Below, piece by piece: positions 37,201-50,296 of a stretch of 64,000 nt of DNA. The notes below the pieces were generated by a model, which saw nothing but the letters and a program-made list of their open reading frames with translations, was not told the DNA's origin and did not search any database. The position numbers and the translations under genes were made by a program. The stretch comes from Amphiscolops sp. MND2022 (taxonomy: Eukaryota), in assembly GCA_964187785.1 (NCBI GenBank), contig OZ076414.1:62001-126000 (forward strand). The letters run 5' to 3'. Positions within the stretch are counted from its first letter, which is position 1, and every line of letters starts with the position of its first letter.

Positions 37201-37675
37201 CCCCCTGTTAAAGGAACCCAAATTGACACTTTCAAAACTCAAAAATTGAAATTCCTCAATTATTTCATCCCCACGAATAAATGTTTTTTTAGTCAGCCTA
37301 AAAAAGTCAGCAGATCAGTTTAAAAACGTTCTGTAATCAACTAAAGTAATATGTATGCGTAGTTGTAATCAATCAAGAGTCGACTCAATTTCAGGCGTGA
37401 TTACAGCCGATTGCGTGTAAAATGAGCCGACCAGTAATTGAGAGTTATAATCCTTGTAATTATCACACCAATCTTCAGCATTCTATCAAACACTCTTGCA
37501 ACGCAAATCAAGAGTCGACTCAAATTCAGGCGCTATTAGAGCCAATTACGTGTGAATTGAGCCTACTAGTTTTTTTGAGTGATAATCTTGTAAATATCAT
37601 TCCAATCTCCAGTTAACTGTCGAACACTTGCATTTCAAAACTGCTGCTTCGAGATAAAAAACTCTACATCCCGAC

Positions 37676-40393
37676 ATGAGCCAACAAACTCCTGTTCTGC
37701 AACTTGAGAACTTCGTTCCTTGTGTTCAATCAACGAATATGATAAGCACCCTTGAGTCTAATTTCGCTGAAAACGCAGAAATACTGGCTCCTGAAGTTGT
37801 AGATTCTCACTTACCATCAACGAATATCATGAGCACCACCGAGTCAAATTTTGCTAAAACCGCGGAAGAACTGGCTTCTGAGAATGGAGAGACTCAATTA
37901 CCAGCATTGAAAAAATTGAGCTCCGTCGACTCAAATTTTGCAAAAACTGCAGAGGAACAGGCTTCTGCGAATGGAGATCCTCAATTAACATCGTTGGTGC
38001 TTCCACAATCTTTATCTCAACCTATCTTCTCTCAGACTCCCGCTTTCAGCACTTCTGCTCACTTGCTGAGAGGGGTGACTGAAATTCTCCCAACGCCGCC
38101 TGCTACTCCTCGGGCTAATACACAGGCCGTAAATGGTTCTTTCGATTACCAGTTCATTCTTCCAACTTCGACGCCACTCAACCCAAGTACATCTCTTCCT
38201 CAGCTGACCGATTCAATGATAGGTGACTTTATTGCAACGCCGAGTGAGCTGACAATGAACGCCATCACTTCAACTCAATTCCGGTTCCAACCTGCTCCAG
38301 AGAGCAATCCGGTTCAACAAGTACTTTCCGAAGTTCGGAGGAAACGAAAAAATTCGTGCCAGAATGAGGAAGAAAACGACGAGTTAGCACGTGCGTCGAA
38401 ACGACAAAAAGTCAATGCAGAGAGTTTCGTTAGGAGCATCAATGTTGCTTATGTCCAGAATCGAGCGTTTCCAGCCGATGCATGCGAAGATCTCATGGGA
38501 GATTTAGTGGAACAGTTCGAGTTTTCATCTCGCCTCTCCTTCACTGACAGGAAGACGTTACACAATTTGATAATTGTTTACCTGATGGAGTTCGCAGAAC
38601 CAAGATGTTCAACAGCTGAACTAGAAACCTTCACAGTGAATTTGTTTGCGCAGACAATCCCGGAACTTCAAGCCAAGGCGGATACTCGAGGGACAGTGAC
38701 CTTAACCTGCGCGAACACGAGGACCCCTGGTGGTTTCAGGTGGGTGGAAAATTGTTCGAAATTAGTTGCATGGAACATTTCTGTGAAAGAAAAAGTGTTT
38801 ACGTGAAAAATGTCTTGGAATACTTCAGTGAAAACAGTTAGTTCAAAAAAATAAGCAGCGTCAAAATACTTCCCTAAATATTAGTTTCCTAGTCACAAAA
38901 TTCGTTTTACAGATCGCACACAATCTCTTGGATAGTGGGAAGGGGCCTGCAAGTCTATTACTCAGACGTACGTCCGAATTTCAAACCAAAGATTGGAGTA
39001 CCTCAGATGCAAACACGATTTCAGGGAAGTGAGAAGCTGGTTTGGACAGAGCCTTTCTTCTTCAATTCTACCGGAAACACCATTATCAACTTCCGAGATA
39101 AGTCAAAGAAAGAGATGGTCAAAGTGAGTCTAAGAATTCATGCAATATGAAAGGGACATATGAAATAGCCAAAAAATTGTTTTTGGAATTTGTTTGGATT
39201 GTTTATTGTTTTTAGAGAAATTTTAGACTAAATTTCAAAATGATGGAATAGTTTACGTTTCGTGGCAGTTTCGAACATCGTTCCTCTGTGTTCGAAAACT
39301 ATTATTCTACCATTTTCACCAAAACTCTTTCACGCAACATTTAGGGTCTTTGAATATTTGTTTAAGGAATTTGGTGACACTTGGAAGATAACAAAACATA
39401 ATATAATTTTGATCTATTTTCTCTACGTCTAATTTGTTCATTTCTTGCTTATTACAGCTGAGGCACAACTGCAGAGATGAGAATTTCGCCCTCAAACGTA
39501 TCGTCAGGCTGAAAACACCTTCAACTTACGAGCCGGAAGAACTCTTTCCGTCAGTGCAGCATGTCTCCAATCTGTTGTACAATTCAATTGGAAGAGCTGT
39601 CAACTTCGAGGATTTGACAAACCTTGTCACTAAACGATTGCAGACGCTAAGGACTGAACGCTTCTCCACGCAGGTTGAAGCCTTTGCCGATGAGTTTCGC
39701 ATCAAAGCAAATCCCGAAACGGACTATGCCAATTTCTTTGACCATGCATTCCGACAAGGGTGGAACACGTGCAAGGTTGGGTCATGGCAAGACGGGAAAA
39801 TCAAATCCAAGCTACATAAAACTCTATTGGACTACCGGGAAGGAAAAAGCGCCCAAAAACCTCGAGGTGCACCCTTCAATTCGAACTTGGAGTACAAGAG
39901 CAGTGTCTCAAACAACGAGGGTTGGCAATACGACTTTTTACACCGTGAGGACACACAGACGTGGGACGGGATCACCTGTGTCACATATCCTGACATGGGT
40001 CGTGGCGTGATGACACTGAAGCCGTTTAAAAAGGGCGATGTCATTTGCGACTATCATGGTTGTCTCGTTGACGAAAAGGATGCAGCCTCGTACGCTGCAA
40101 GAACAGGCCGTGACATGTCCTATATAATTGAAGTTTCAACAGACATTAGGCGTCTTGTCGATGCATCCAATGAGGACTGTCCTCACCATCCCCGAAATTT
40201 GTGCCTTGGAAGACTATGCAATCACTCAAGGCTCAGGAATAAGCAGTGCACAGCCCGCTTGGGGGAAGTAGTTTGCAGAAAACTCCCTCAAAAGCCTAGA
40301 AAAGTGGCACTGGTTGCACTCAGAGACCTTCCCCCTTTCACCCAGGTTCTGTTTGACTATGGCGATCCTGCAGCATGGAAAATGTTCAACTGA
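37676..40393 (+). CDS. Multi-exon SET-domain protein, SETD8/PR-Set7-like C-terminal SET (element A)
   Basis: GRGVMTLKPFKKGDVICDYHG...VDAS...CLGRLCNHS...ALRDLPPFTQVLFDYGD. Upstream exons (37676-~38780, ~38915-39130) are homologous to those of the element B SET gene. Confidence 0.88.
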
Positions 40394-41265
40394 TTGAACG
40401 AAAAGACACAACTGTTGGATGAAAAACATTGAACTTTTGTTGTATTTTGATTATTGTTGAAATCTGTTGTCTTTGCTCACTTGTTAAAAAATCTTTTGTC
40501 TTTGTTCTTTGGTCTTTTCAGTTGTCTAGGATTGTTCAATTGAATCAGGGACCTCTTTGATACCATGGCTCTAGAATTTAAATTGTATTCAAATATTTAA
40601 ATTTAAATAGAATTTAAAATCATCAACACCAATAAGAAGTAACTTTGATTTATCAAGATTTGAGAAGATCCCAACTCTCGCCGAGAAAATTGATGTTCAT
40701 GGCAATGGCCTTGTTCAAATTCGAAATTGTTTAAGATTTCCAATTCCCTGGCATTTACAATACGATTTCTTCAAGGTTTGCAGTTTATTGAATGAGATAT
40801 CAGCCGATTCGCCCAAATAAATGGTTCAAATACAGAAATGTTCAGGATTTGCACTTTATTGAATAAGATATCAACAGAGATTTGATTCAGTATATGTCAT
40901 TGGCTGTAATAATACCAGAATAATATTGCAATGGATACTATAATTCAAATCAGGAAATCTAAGAATACTCACAAGTTGTATAAGGAAGCCTATTTTCAAC
41001 AAGTTTTAAGCGTATTAGGATTTATAATACAAAGTATCAACATTACTTGTTTTGAGTACTAGGATTACTTATAACGTGGGGGGAAACATTTTGAGGCATT
41101 TGTATACGAATTATAAGGAATCTGATAATTATCAAATCTAAGGAAACTGAATACATTTGTAATGTATTAACAACTGAAAAATGTATCAGTAATACCAATA
41201 CTTCAATGCATATTGGCTTATAAGGAAAACTTAGGCATTTTAGACACGTATATTTACGCGCACTC

Positions 41266-41286
41266 TGAAAGTTGTGTCTTGTAATG
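41266..41286 (-). repeat. Right TIR of element A
   Basis: TGAAAGTTGTGTCTTGTAATG, reverse complement of 21918-21938. Confidence 0.96.
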
Positions 41287-41909
41287 ATGACTGGTCACGA
41301 CTGACGACCACGAGTGGACAAGTAGACTTCAGACATAGTTTCACGTTTCAATGACAGTTCATTTTTGTCTAGAATTGTGCTATTTGAAATCAAATATTTT
41401 ATATCCAAAGTTGTTTTGTTCATAAAGTAAATTTTATTTCAGTTTAATTTTTTTTTAATTCAGACTTTTTTCATTAAATCTAAGACTCCATGAGTGTACG
41501 ACTCCATGAGTGTATGAACAACAGGTGAGCAATATTTTTATGATTAAATTAAACCCCGGGGCGTATTCCTAAATACCTATAAATGACTAAGAAAAAATGC
41601 AAAATTATCTAAGTGAACAGTTGCAGTTTTTGATTCTAAATCATTTGACTCTGATTCTGGACTTGGAACTTTTTTGCTACTAGTGTTTCTGAATTAGCAA
41701 AATAACGACTCCATGAGTAAAAACAGATGCTAAAGAACATTTTGCTGGTGCTCAAAGAAAACACGGGTATTGACATACACGTTAGTTCATGCGTGTTGTT
41801 GATGATTAAAATTAATAACGATGGACAGATCATGGTTCATGTGTGTCATTGACAGTCAAAATTAAAAAAAGAATAGGTGTCAAAATTAAATAAATCATTA
41901 AATAAATCG

Positions 41910-43377
41910 TTATAAATTGTCCACTGCTGAGTTATGTCGAATGATGTCCCTGTACGTAGTGACCGGATAAACTCCACCAATCAATGTGATACAGCACTTG
42001 ATGCACGACACGGCAAATGCTTTTTTGATCAGAAACCGCATCGTTTTGATGTATTTGTCACTTTGACTGTAAGTGCCAGCCTTTCGGTCCCACAACTTTC
42101 CCAACACTGAATCCCATGATTCATGTCACCCCTTTTCATCTGAGGGAATTGAGATATTGAATGTCATATCTCTGTTATTCTCAATTCCGAGGGCTGTCGT
42201 GGAGAGATCATCAGCCAAACACAAGATCCCTGCATATCCAGACCGCGACGATAGGGCCAGTCCCACAGCGTTCTTCACCGCTGCAAATAAGGAACACACC
42301 TTACTGATGGGGTGATCGACGCTGCCAACCAAATTTTCATTGATCTTTTCGCTCAAGAAGTTTTCTTCGAAGAAAACAACTCTGTTCCAGGGCATTGTGA
42401 TGGAAATGTCCTCGCATTGCTCTGACACCATTGTCACGAGAACAAGTGGTTGCTCTTTCTTCCATACCAGCTTCAGGCTGCGAATGATGGATAGTTCCCC
42501 ACAGTGATCCATCACTTTCCCACCTTCATGCAAAATCCCATTCACACATGGGAAATAGATAAGTGGAACTTCGTCGGTAGTTTTCTAAAGCAAATGAAAA
42601 CATCTACTATTTACCACAACAAACAGATTTCATGCTTTTGAACAAAGTTGCTTTCATGCTTGTTGAGCAAGTTCATGCTTGTTGCTACATTTTATAAATC
42701 AGCGCGTAACTTGCATAGATGTTACACTACTTTGTACACTTACGGGTATCATTGTCATCATATCGACCGGTTCTTTCTTCTTTGAGGAAACTGCAATCTT
42801 CTGCTTCTTTGTTGTCGGCGGCTGACTATTTTCAGTTTCGTCAATCTCATCGAGGCTATCATCGCTCTCGAACTCGTTTGTTTCAGGGACTACTTGAGCT
42901 GCTAAACTCCGCAGGTCGTCGTACTTTACTGTCAGAGTTCTGAAAGTGGTTGTCAGTTCTTCCAGTTTGCCCAGGTCTTGCCATTCTCTATACTCGTCTT
43001 CTTCAAATATCTTCATTTCACTCAGTACCGTGTCATTAATGAAAACAAATCCTTGTTTGATTTCACCTTGAATGAATTTGACTCGATCACCACGGGATTG
43101 GAATTTGGGCTGATAGTCAAGCAAAATTTTGTTCGCTCACCTTCTTTTTTTGGGGAAGTGTCTGGGAGGTAACTTTTGTCTTTCTAACATTCCACTTCTC
43201 CGATGTCTTTCTCACAGTGCTATTGATTTGTATTTTTGATTTTTCCTTTCCAAATTCTTTCCAGCGAACAACTACTTCCCACTCCCCGATAAATTCAATT
43301 ACTTCTGCCTGCCACCAAATGTAGCATTCGTCAAAAGCATCAACAATTTCGTTAAGTTTAAAATGCTTGGACAACAT
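41910..43377 (-). pseudogene. Tudor/Agenet-like gene of element B, with an apparent frameshift (~43120) and in-frame TGA (42126-42128)
   Basis: IVDAFDECYIWWQAEVIEFIGEWEVVVRWKEFG. LDYQPKFQSRGDRVKF matches A's LDYTKEKFAKGDIVYF, KG*H matches A's RGSH, and LGKLWD matches LGKKWD. The lesions could be assembly errors. Confidence 0.72.
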
Positions 43378-43688
43378 TCCGAATTAGTTTTTTTGCTATA
43401 AATACTGGGTAATTTGTAGTCAAATAGATTGAGTTTGCATAGAGTTGAATTAAAATCAAACAGGCTGAAGTCATATGGAGGTGAACAAAATTTTAACAGG
43501 TGAAAACTCGAGTCTCAATTTGCGTTCAATCTGCCACATGTGCAAAAAGTGTTAATTACAACCCGCGACGAGTTTAGACTCGTATTCTCACTTTAAAGAC
43601 AGTGTGGAACTCAATTTTTGCTCATACACCTTAGTCCCATTTTAAATATTGACTAAACTTGCATTACATTTCAACCAACTCATCAACA

Positions 43689-46600
43689 ATGGAAATCTGG
43701 ATCGATAATTCAATTTCCATCAACAATATTCAATACATTGATTATAATCTAATCGATCAAATTTCTGGAGTCAATGAGGGTAACAAATTTCGAGAAGCTA
43801 CGAAATTAACGAATCATGTCCTTTGTGGAATATCATTGAAAGCTGAAGATTTCGTCATCAAGTGGAAAACAAATGGCCAGACAAGACACAAGATTTACAT
43901 CGAGGTATGTTTTTAATTTCAACACTTTCAATTTCAACTTCCATAGTAACATTTTAACAACCTATTTGAACTTCTAAAGTATCATTTTCAAAACCCCAGG
44001 AATATCCAATTGTTCTAAGCAGCTTTTCTGTACCGAAACCATTACAACTCCAGGAGCATGCATCTTTGTAGAATATTTCTAAACTAACAACCTAACGACT
44101 CCGGGAGCATAGCTTTTTCTAAAAATACATTTTTTGTCAGGCACACGTGATGAAATTGATTTTGTTGAGTGGTGGGAAAAACGTACCATGGACAAACGCT
44201 CGAAGGGAAATCTTAACCAAATTGATGGGCGAAGATCTGTTTCCCACTGGAAACCAAGTGGTCAAACCAACACTGCTGAGTCAAGTGGTACACAGAACAA
44301 TTGGTACCCAAACTGGAACCGATGAGTCACTTGAACCCGTGAACAATCAATCCGCAATGCAGACAATTCCACCAAAACCCGAAAACAACCAGTCTACGAA
44401 TTACGTAGTTCCGCGAGGGAAAAGAGTAGTTAGACTCCAAAAATCTCCAATCGCCTACTGGAAGTTCGTTTTGCGCCATGCAAAAAGGAACAAAGTCGAC
44501 TTCAACGCTCTAATAGACGTCATCCTTCACTTTTCCAGAACAAAACAGCCAGAGTACTTAAAATCTGTCATTAAAAAAATCTTCCCTAACTTTCAGTCGC
44601 GAGAAACACTAATCTCCAATGTTGCGGTTTCTCTCAAGTCAGGAAAAGCAGAAGACTTGTTATTTACTCTATCTTCAAATTTGAAAATCAATAAACTAGG
44701 GAAATTCCAAAATCTCGTACCATTATATCGTGCAGTCCAGAGATACCAGAGTCAGATCATGGAAAATTTTATCTCGGTGTGTCAGCCTGAAGCCACCTTT
44801 TCTGGTTTCCGTTGTGATCTGGTGTCATGTGTCAAATTTGCTGCATGGATTCTTTACGAGAGAGAAGAAATATCTGAGCTCAATATAGATTTGTGGGGTG
44901 ATGGTTGTGAAATTGGTGGCATTGATCACACAAGACTGTGTTTCAGAATTTTGCAAGACTTCTCTGATAAAATTACAGCGCAATCATCAAGTATAACATT
45001 TTGTTTCAGTGGTAAGTTGTGGTTGTTTTTACTGATTCTGTAATTTCCAATTGTCACTTAGTAAGGTAATTTTATTACTGTAAAGAGTCCACAAAAATAA
45101 ACGAACAATTTTAGTTTAAATTCGTGAACCACTACCTTCAATTTGCACTCTCGCATGTTTAATTATTCAATTATAGATTCTTCACACCATGTATAGTAAT
45201 TGGTCGCTCGATTCTACTGCTTAATTTACCGTGGTACCAAATCTAAAACAATCGAGGGGTGTCAAACGTCATTTGGAACATCAAACGTAATTTTTGTTTT
45301 GATTTGTTAAGCATTCCGAGGCAAGGACAGCAGGTTCGTACTGGAGCAAAATTTGGGACCAGAGATAGCTGGAAAACAAGAAACGGGGTGGCTGTACAAG
45401 CAAACAAAAGAGTTGAGTACACAAGGGGCGGTGGTCACCTATTCCGGCGACAATCCTTTTCTGTACCGTCTCATATTGGCTATAGACAGCGATGCATCGA
45501 ACCAATACCCATCAGACTTGGCGCTGTATGTGGGATCTGAAAAGTATCTTCCAACAGATGTGGATGACTATACTGGTATGCGTCACAATCTGAAAGCTCC
45601 GTTCAGAGAAGAAATCCCACAAATCTCCCTTGTGTACCTTGAGGATATAAGATGTGTCATGCCAGATGTAACGCACATGATCACAAGGTGCGTAGAGAGT
45701 GATCTCCGCAAAGCTGCACAGAAAATAGTGAACGAAAAACCAGTGTACAAAGTGTCCCTACAGCGATTGGAAGAAAACTGTACTCGAAGGGCATTGAAAA
45801 AACCGAAATTTCAGTTTGACCTGCAAGTGAAAGGATCTGAATTGAAAAAAGGAATCGTTGGACCGGTATCGCTATCCGGAACATCAGCGCTAGTAGCTAT
45901 CGCTGATAGAGAAGAATTTGAACAAGACGTTCCGAATCTTTTTGAAAATGTGTGGGGAAATGAAATCCTTTTTGAGACGAGAGACAACACAAACAAACAA
46001 AATGCGCCAGCTGTCAGCAATGCCTTTTCAGTTCTGAAATCCATGCACCCACACATAGCAAAATCCGACACATTCACAACAAACGACTGTGCAAATCTCT
46101 TGCAGCATAGTTTGAATAAATGCACTATTATTTTGCGGGCATCCAAACACGGTCTAAACACGGAGCAATTCAAGTTTTGGTCTGAGTCATATTATCAATC
46201 ATCGTTGCTTCTCTTTTCCGGGAAAGACGGACTCACCCCCTACAAACTGAAAATGTTGCTAATCCCACAGATAATGGACGCAGGGTTTGTTCGGAGTCCA
46301 TGGCATCACATGTGTGAAGCGATGGAGAAGTCGAACCATCATGCTCACAAGGACTTCCAAACCAAAACAATGAGAGGCGGAGGAAAATTGTACAACCCTG
46401 ATCCTTTGTTCTATGAGGGTTTCTTTTCCTACTGCCATTACCTCGACATAGTTTCAAAACACAAAAGAATACCTGTGAGCGATACATTTGACAAGCTTCA
46501 GAAACAATTCGATCAGAAAACAACTTATTCCGAAATATGCAAAAATGTAGTCAAGCCTGCAATAATAGAAATAGGTGCCACTCGAGATTCAAGTAGGCTG

Positions 46601-47196
46601 CTGAGTGGACTTCGTTTTCACGTGGTTGGGCACTTTACTGGAACGACTGGAAAAGCTGTGGAGGATACAATTACTCGTTTGGGGGGGAAGTACTGAGTAA
46701 AGACAAAGCTCTTGGACTATCGAAGCGCCATTCCTCAACCCCAAATTGTTTTGTAGTAGTGAAAAATGACACTGAATTGCTTAAGGCAACGAAGAGTGAA
46801 ATCAGCTCCGCTTCTGGATCAGACAGCGACACGTGTTCATCGAACACTCAACGAAAAACAGCTCCAGCGAAAATAATGAAAAAGGCAACAAATCAAGGAT
46901 CAGTCAGGATATGCAAAGAATTTGCCGCCACCGATTTCAAGTTTTTGAGTGTAGCATACATTCAAGATGTTGAGAAAAAAGGCTGTGTTTTGGACCCTTC
47001 CGAATACTTGTTTGATAAAGGTGCGATTGAGCGAGCATGTGTCAAAGACCAACGTCCATTATTTGAGAGACAAAGAAATCCCGAAATATCAGACCTTGAT
47101 TACAGATCATTGATTACTTCATTGAAAATGTCAAGAAAGAGAGCAAGAGAAGAAGGACAACCAGACGATAAAATTGCTAAACTTTTCAGCAATTAG
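43689..47196 (+). CDS. DDE transposase (CMC/Transib/RAG1-like) with C-terminal BRCT domain (element B)
   Basis: Exons 43689-43904, 44141-45011, 45312-47196. Motifs DLWGDG, SGDNPF, PDVTH, CEAMEKSN, KTMRGGGK; BRCT-like LLSGLRFHVVG...ITRLGG...FLSVAYIQD. One -1 frameshift at the G7 run 46681-46687. Confidence 0.88.
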
Positions 47197-47868
47197 GCAA
47201 AAAATGTCGGGGAACTTTGATTTGTTTGAATATGGATAACAAGTATTTTACTTCAAAAAGAAATTTTTTTACGATTTTATCGTTTTCAAAAACCACAGCT
47301 TGCGTTTTAAAAGCGCACTAGAATTGAGAAAGTAACTGTTAAACATGGTTTGCAGAATCAATATATCAATATTAAACCATTTTTAGTTATTGTTTAAATG
47401 TATTGTACACTGATTTTAAACAAGCGTTGAATTTTGTGGATTCTTCAGATCGCAATAGCTCAGCTCGCGCTCAAAATGCGCTGTAGAATTGAGAAACTAT
47501 TATGCCTGGTTTGAAGAATCTATATATCAATGTTAAACCATTCCTAGTTATAATTTGAAGGTAGTATATTGCATTGTTTTTGAGCAACTGTTCAAGTCAG
47601 TTCAGCCAATTCTCAGCTTTGAATATATTACGTAACGACTCCGCGAGCAGATACAGTTCACAAAAACTTTTCTATACCAACTAGGTAAAAACTCCAGGAT
47701 CTTATTATCTTTTAAAAACGAATCAATTGGTAAACGTTGAATTTTAACCGAACATTTATTCCGAATACTCGGAGAGCAATCAAAATAGTATGGAACGCAT
47801 GGATCGAACAATCATTTAATTGAAAAGTTTTTCAAAATTCTGTTTTTTTTTTCAAACGGGAGGTAAGT

Positions 47869-50296
47869 TCATGGATCGAACAATCTCCTCGCTTCTTCAT
47901 CTCGATAGTCGAAGCGAAGTTCCTGGAATGCCGCAATGTCAGTCTTAGCTACCATGACCAGGACGTCTTTGTTCTGTGCTATGTTTACTAGCACCGGTTT
48001 CACATTCGCTTCCTTGGACGACTTGTGATTGATTAATCTCCCAAGGCACCGGTTGTTAGGATGTTCGTCGCAGATTTCCTTGGAAGCGTCGACTAAGTGT
48101 TTTTGCGAAATTCGGAAGAGATACTCGCTCTGGTTGCCGGGTATGTCAAGGTACTCTTCGCAGCTCATTCCTTTGATCTCTTCTCCGTGATAGTCGACAA
48201 GGATCTCTCCTTTTTCGACATTGGTTGTGGTTACTACTCCGCGACCCAAACCTTTCACGTGTACGTCACAGATTGATGGCCATTGCTGTGACTTAATTCG
48301 TCTGCCAAGAGCCCTCTTGAAGTTATATGTTTGTTCGTTATGGGGTGGCAGAAACAAGACATCGTGGCGAAGGGAAACTGTTGGAGTCTGTAGTGCCTCT
48401 GGATTCAATCGATCTGTGACAATCTTGAACGTCTGAAATTATTAGAACAACATAAAATTGTTATTCAAATGTTCTTTTATTCACTTCGCTTTAGCTATTA
48501 TATTGCTGGTAATTTTTTTTTTGTGCAGTGTAACTGAATCTTTCACATGCAAGGTAGCCGTAACTTTACTGAAGAAAAAAATCATTCCGTCAAATGCTGC
48601 TAGTCAAAAAAGATACATTTTTCAGGTCTTCTTCAGTGCTCCATGAGTTTTTGGCGTAAAAGTCTATGAGTCGCTGCCTGGTGGGTTCCGTGTGGTTGCG
48701 TTTGCTGCCACAAAACGTTATAAATTCTTTCGCTCGCAGAACTTGGCGGGCATATCGCTGCGCATTGAGGCGTCTGACAACGTAAGGACCCAGCTGTCGC
48801 TCAGTGACGTTGTAAATTGCAGCCCAGGCTTTGTCAACACCTGCCCAGATCTCAGCAATGGCCTGCGTTTTCTTCATGAATCCGGCATTGCTGGATGTAG
48901 GCAGAGGAAGCCTTTCGTTGACACACCCCAGCAGTATATCATCCACTGCCTCCCGGGCACTCTTTTCCATCTACAACAGAGTGAGAACGCAATTGTAAAC
49001 CAACACAACTGCGGAAAAATTTGAATTGTGTGATGATAATCTGACAAAAGAGATGTTACATGAGAGAACGAAAATGATACTTCTAAAAAATCCCGCACTC
49101 GCTACTTGAAACAACAAATTTTACAACTTTGAAGCCCTCAATGCTCCTAATGGTTCAATTTTTACCTTGTCCATGAACTCCTAAGCAATAGATCTGGGGT
49201 TGAAGTTCGCATTCCCTTTTGAAGTTACAAAGAAATGCTCCGTAGCAACCTCTTCGACGCCATCATCGTCCCGTTGAAATGCTCTCGTCACAGTACTTGG
49301 CGATTTCCGTTGGAAAGTCGGCCTCACATTGAGGTGATACACCCGCATCGCGTTCACCACCCATCGTTCGATACGGTGTTCCACTCGAATAGTGTTTCCT
49401 AAAACGAACTCAGTTCATAGTTTTAGATTTGGGCATTTATTTTGCCTTATATTCAAATTTATGTTCTCATATCAACAATTTATACGTCCGCAATCTATCT
49501 TGTTTAAACCGTGAAAATATAAAATTTCTTCGTGCCATATGCTACTAATTTGATATTTGTACAGAACATCCTACGTCGCTTTCAAGTTTTAGAAAAAAAG
49601 GTCCAGTATATTTACCCAAAGATGGTTCGAGAATCAATTTGCAATGGTCACAGTCGCTCAAGTCATCAAATTGTATTATAACTTGCGCGACGGCATGCAC
49701 TGTCACAGCCAAAATGCTTTTCGTCATCACTGTCACTGGCTCGGCATACATGTAGAGGTACGTGATAATGCCGTGGAAAAGGGATAATTGTTGCTGGTAC
49801 GTCAGCGCTCCACATTTGTCGTAAGTTTCTATAACCCCCTCTAACGTCTTTTTAATTTGGGGTCCGAATTTTTCTGACCACTGCAGTCGTGGCAATTTTG
49901 GTTCTGACTCTAAACACGTCTTAGCAGGAAAGTCGAGGATGCGCTTTAAGGATGTGCTTGTAGAAAGTGCACTCGTTTCGTATTGAGTTTTTTTGACTTG
50001 ATCGCTCGAGTGTGTAGAACTTGATGTGCTGCTTTGAGTGAAATACGGGGGAGGGGTGTTTTCGCTTGTTGCCAATATTTGAGAAAAGTTGGGAGGACAA
50101 GTGATCGTAGGGGCGATATAGGACTCGTGAAATGAGAAGTTACTTTGACTTCGATGAATCGACGCAGGAGTGCTATGAAAATGAATTTCATTAGGGGTTG
50201 TGGAGGTTGTAAAGGAGTTAGATAAGGACTGGACTGAGTATATTGCGTGAAGTCGCTATTACAAATTGTGATGTTTCTCAGAGTTTGTTCAGACAT
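47869..50296 (-). CDS. Multi-exon SET-domain protein, SETD8-like (element B)
   Basis: GRGVVTTTNVEKGEILVDYHG...VDAS...CLGRLINH...AKTDIAAFQELRFDYRD. Upstream exons 48590-48970, 49181-49384, 49545-50075 share YLYMYAEP/YLMEFAEP and VRP..F..TE.FF..S.GN with element A. 5' end uncertain. Confidence 0.85.

Larger units (their letters stand above)
21918..41286 (+). mobile_element. Inner giant TIR DNA transposon (element A), 19,369 bp
   Basis: Perfect 21-bp TIRs (21918-21938 / 41266-41286); AT on both flanks (21916-21917, 41287-41288); own transposase gene. B-type sequence (ACGACTCCATGAGTGTATGAACAACAG) lies on both sides. Confidence 0.93.

Noticed and set aside
43110-43140. 31-nt GT-AG intron in the element B Tudor gene
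   Set aside because: Splicing would remove the LDY motif conserved in the paralog; a 1-nt frameshift is the simpler explanation.
47602-47885. Cys-containing 69-aa ORF after the element B SET gene as a post-SET or PHD exon
   Set aside because: It begins at a 16-bp duplicate of the SET 3' end (CATGGATCGAACAATC), has no clear splice path and no valid finger spacing.
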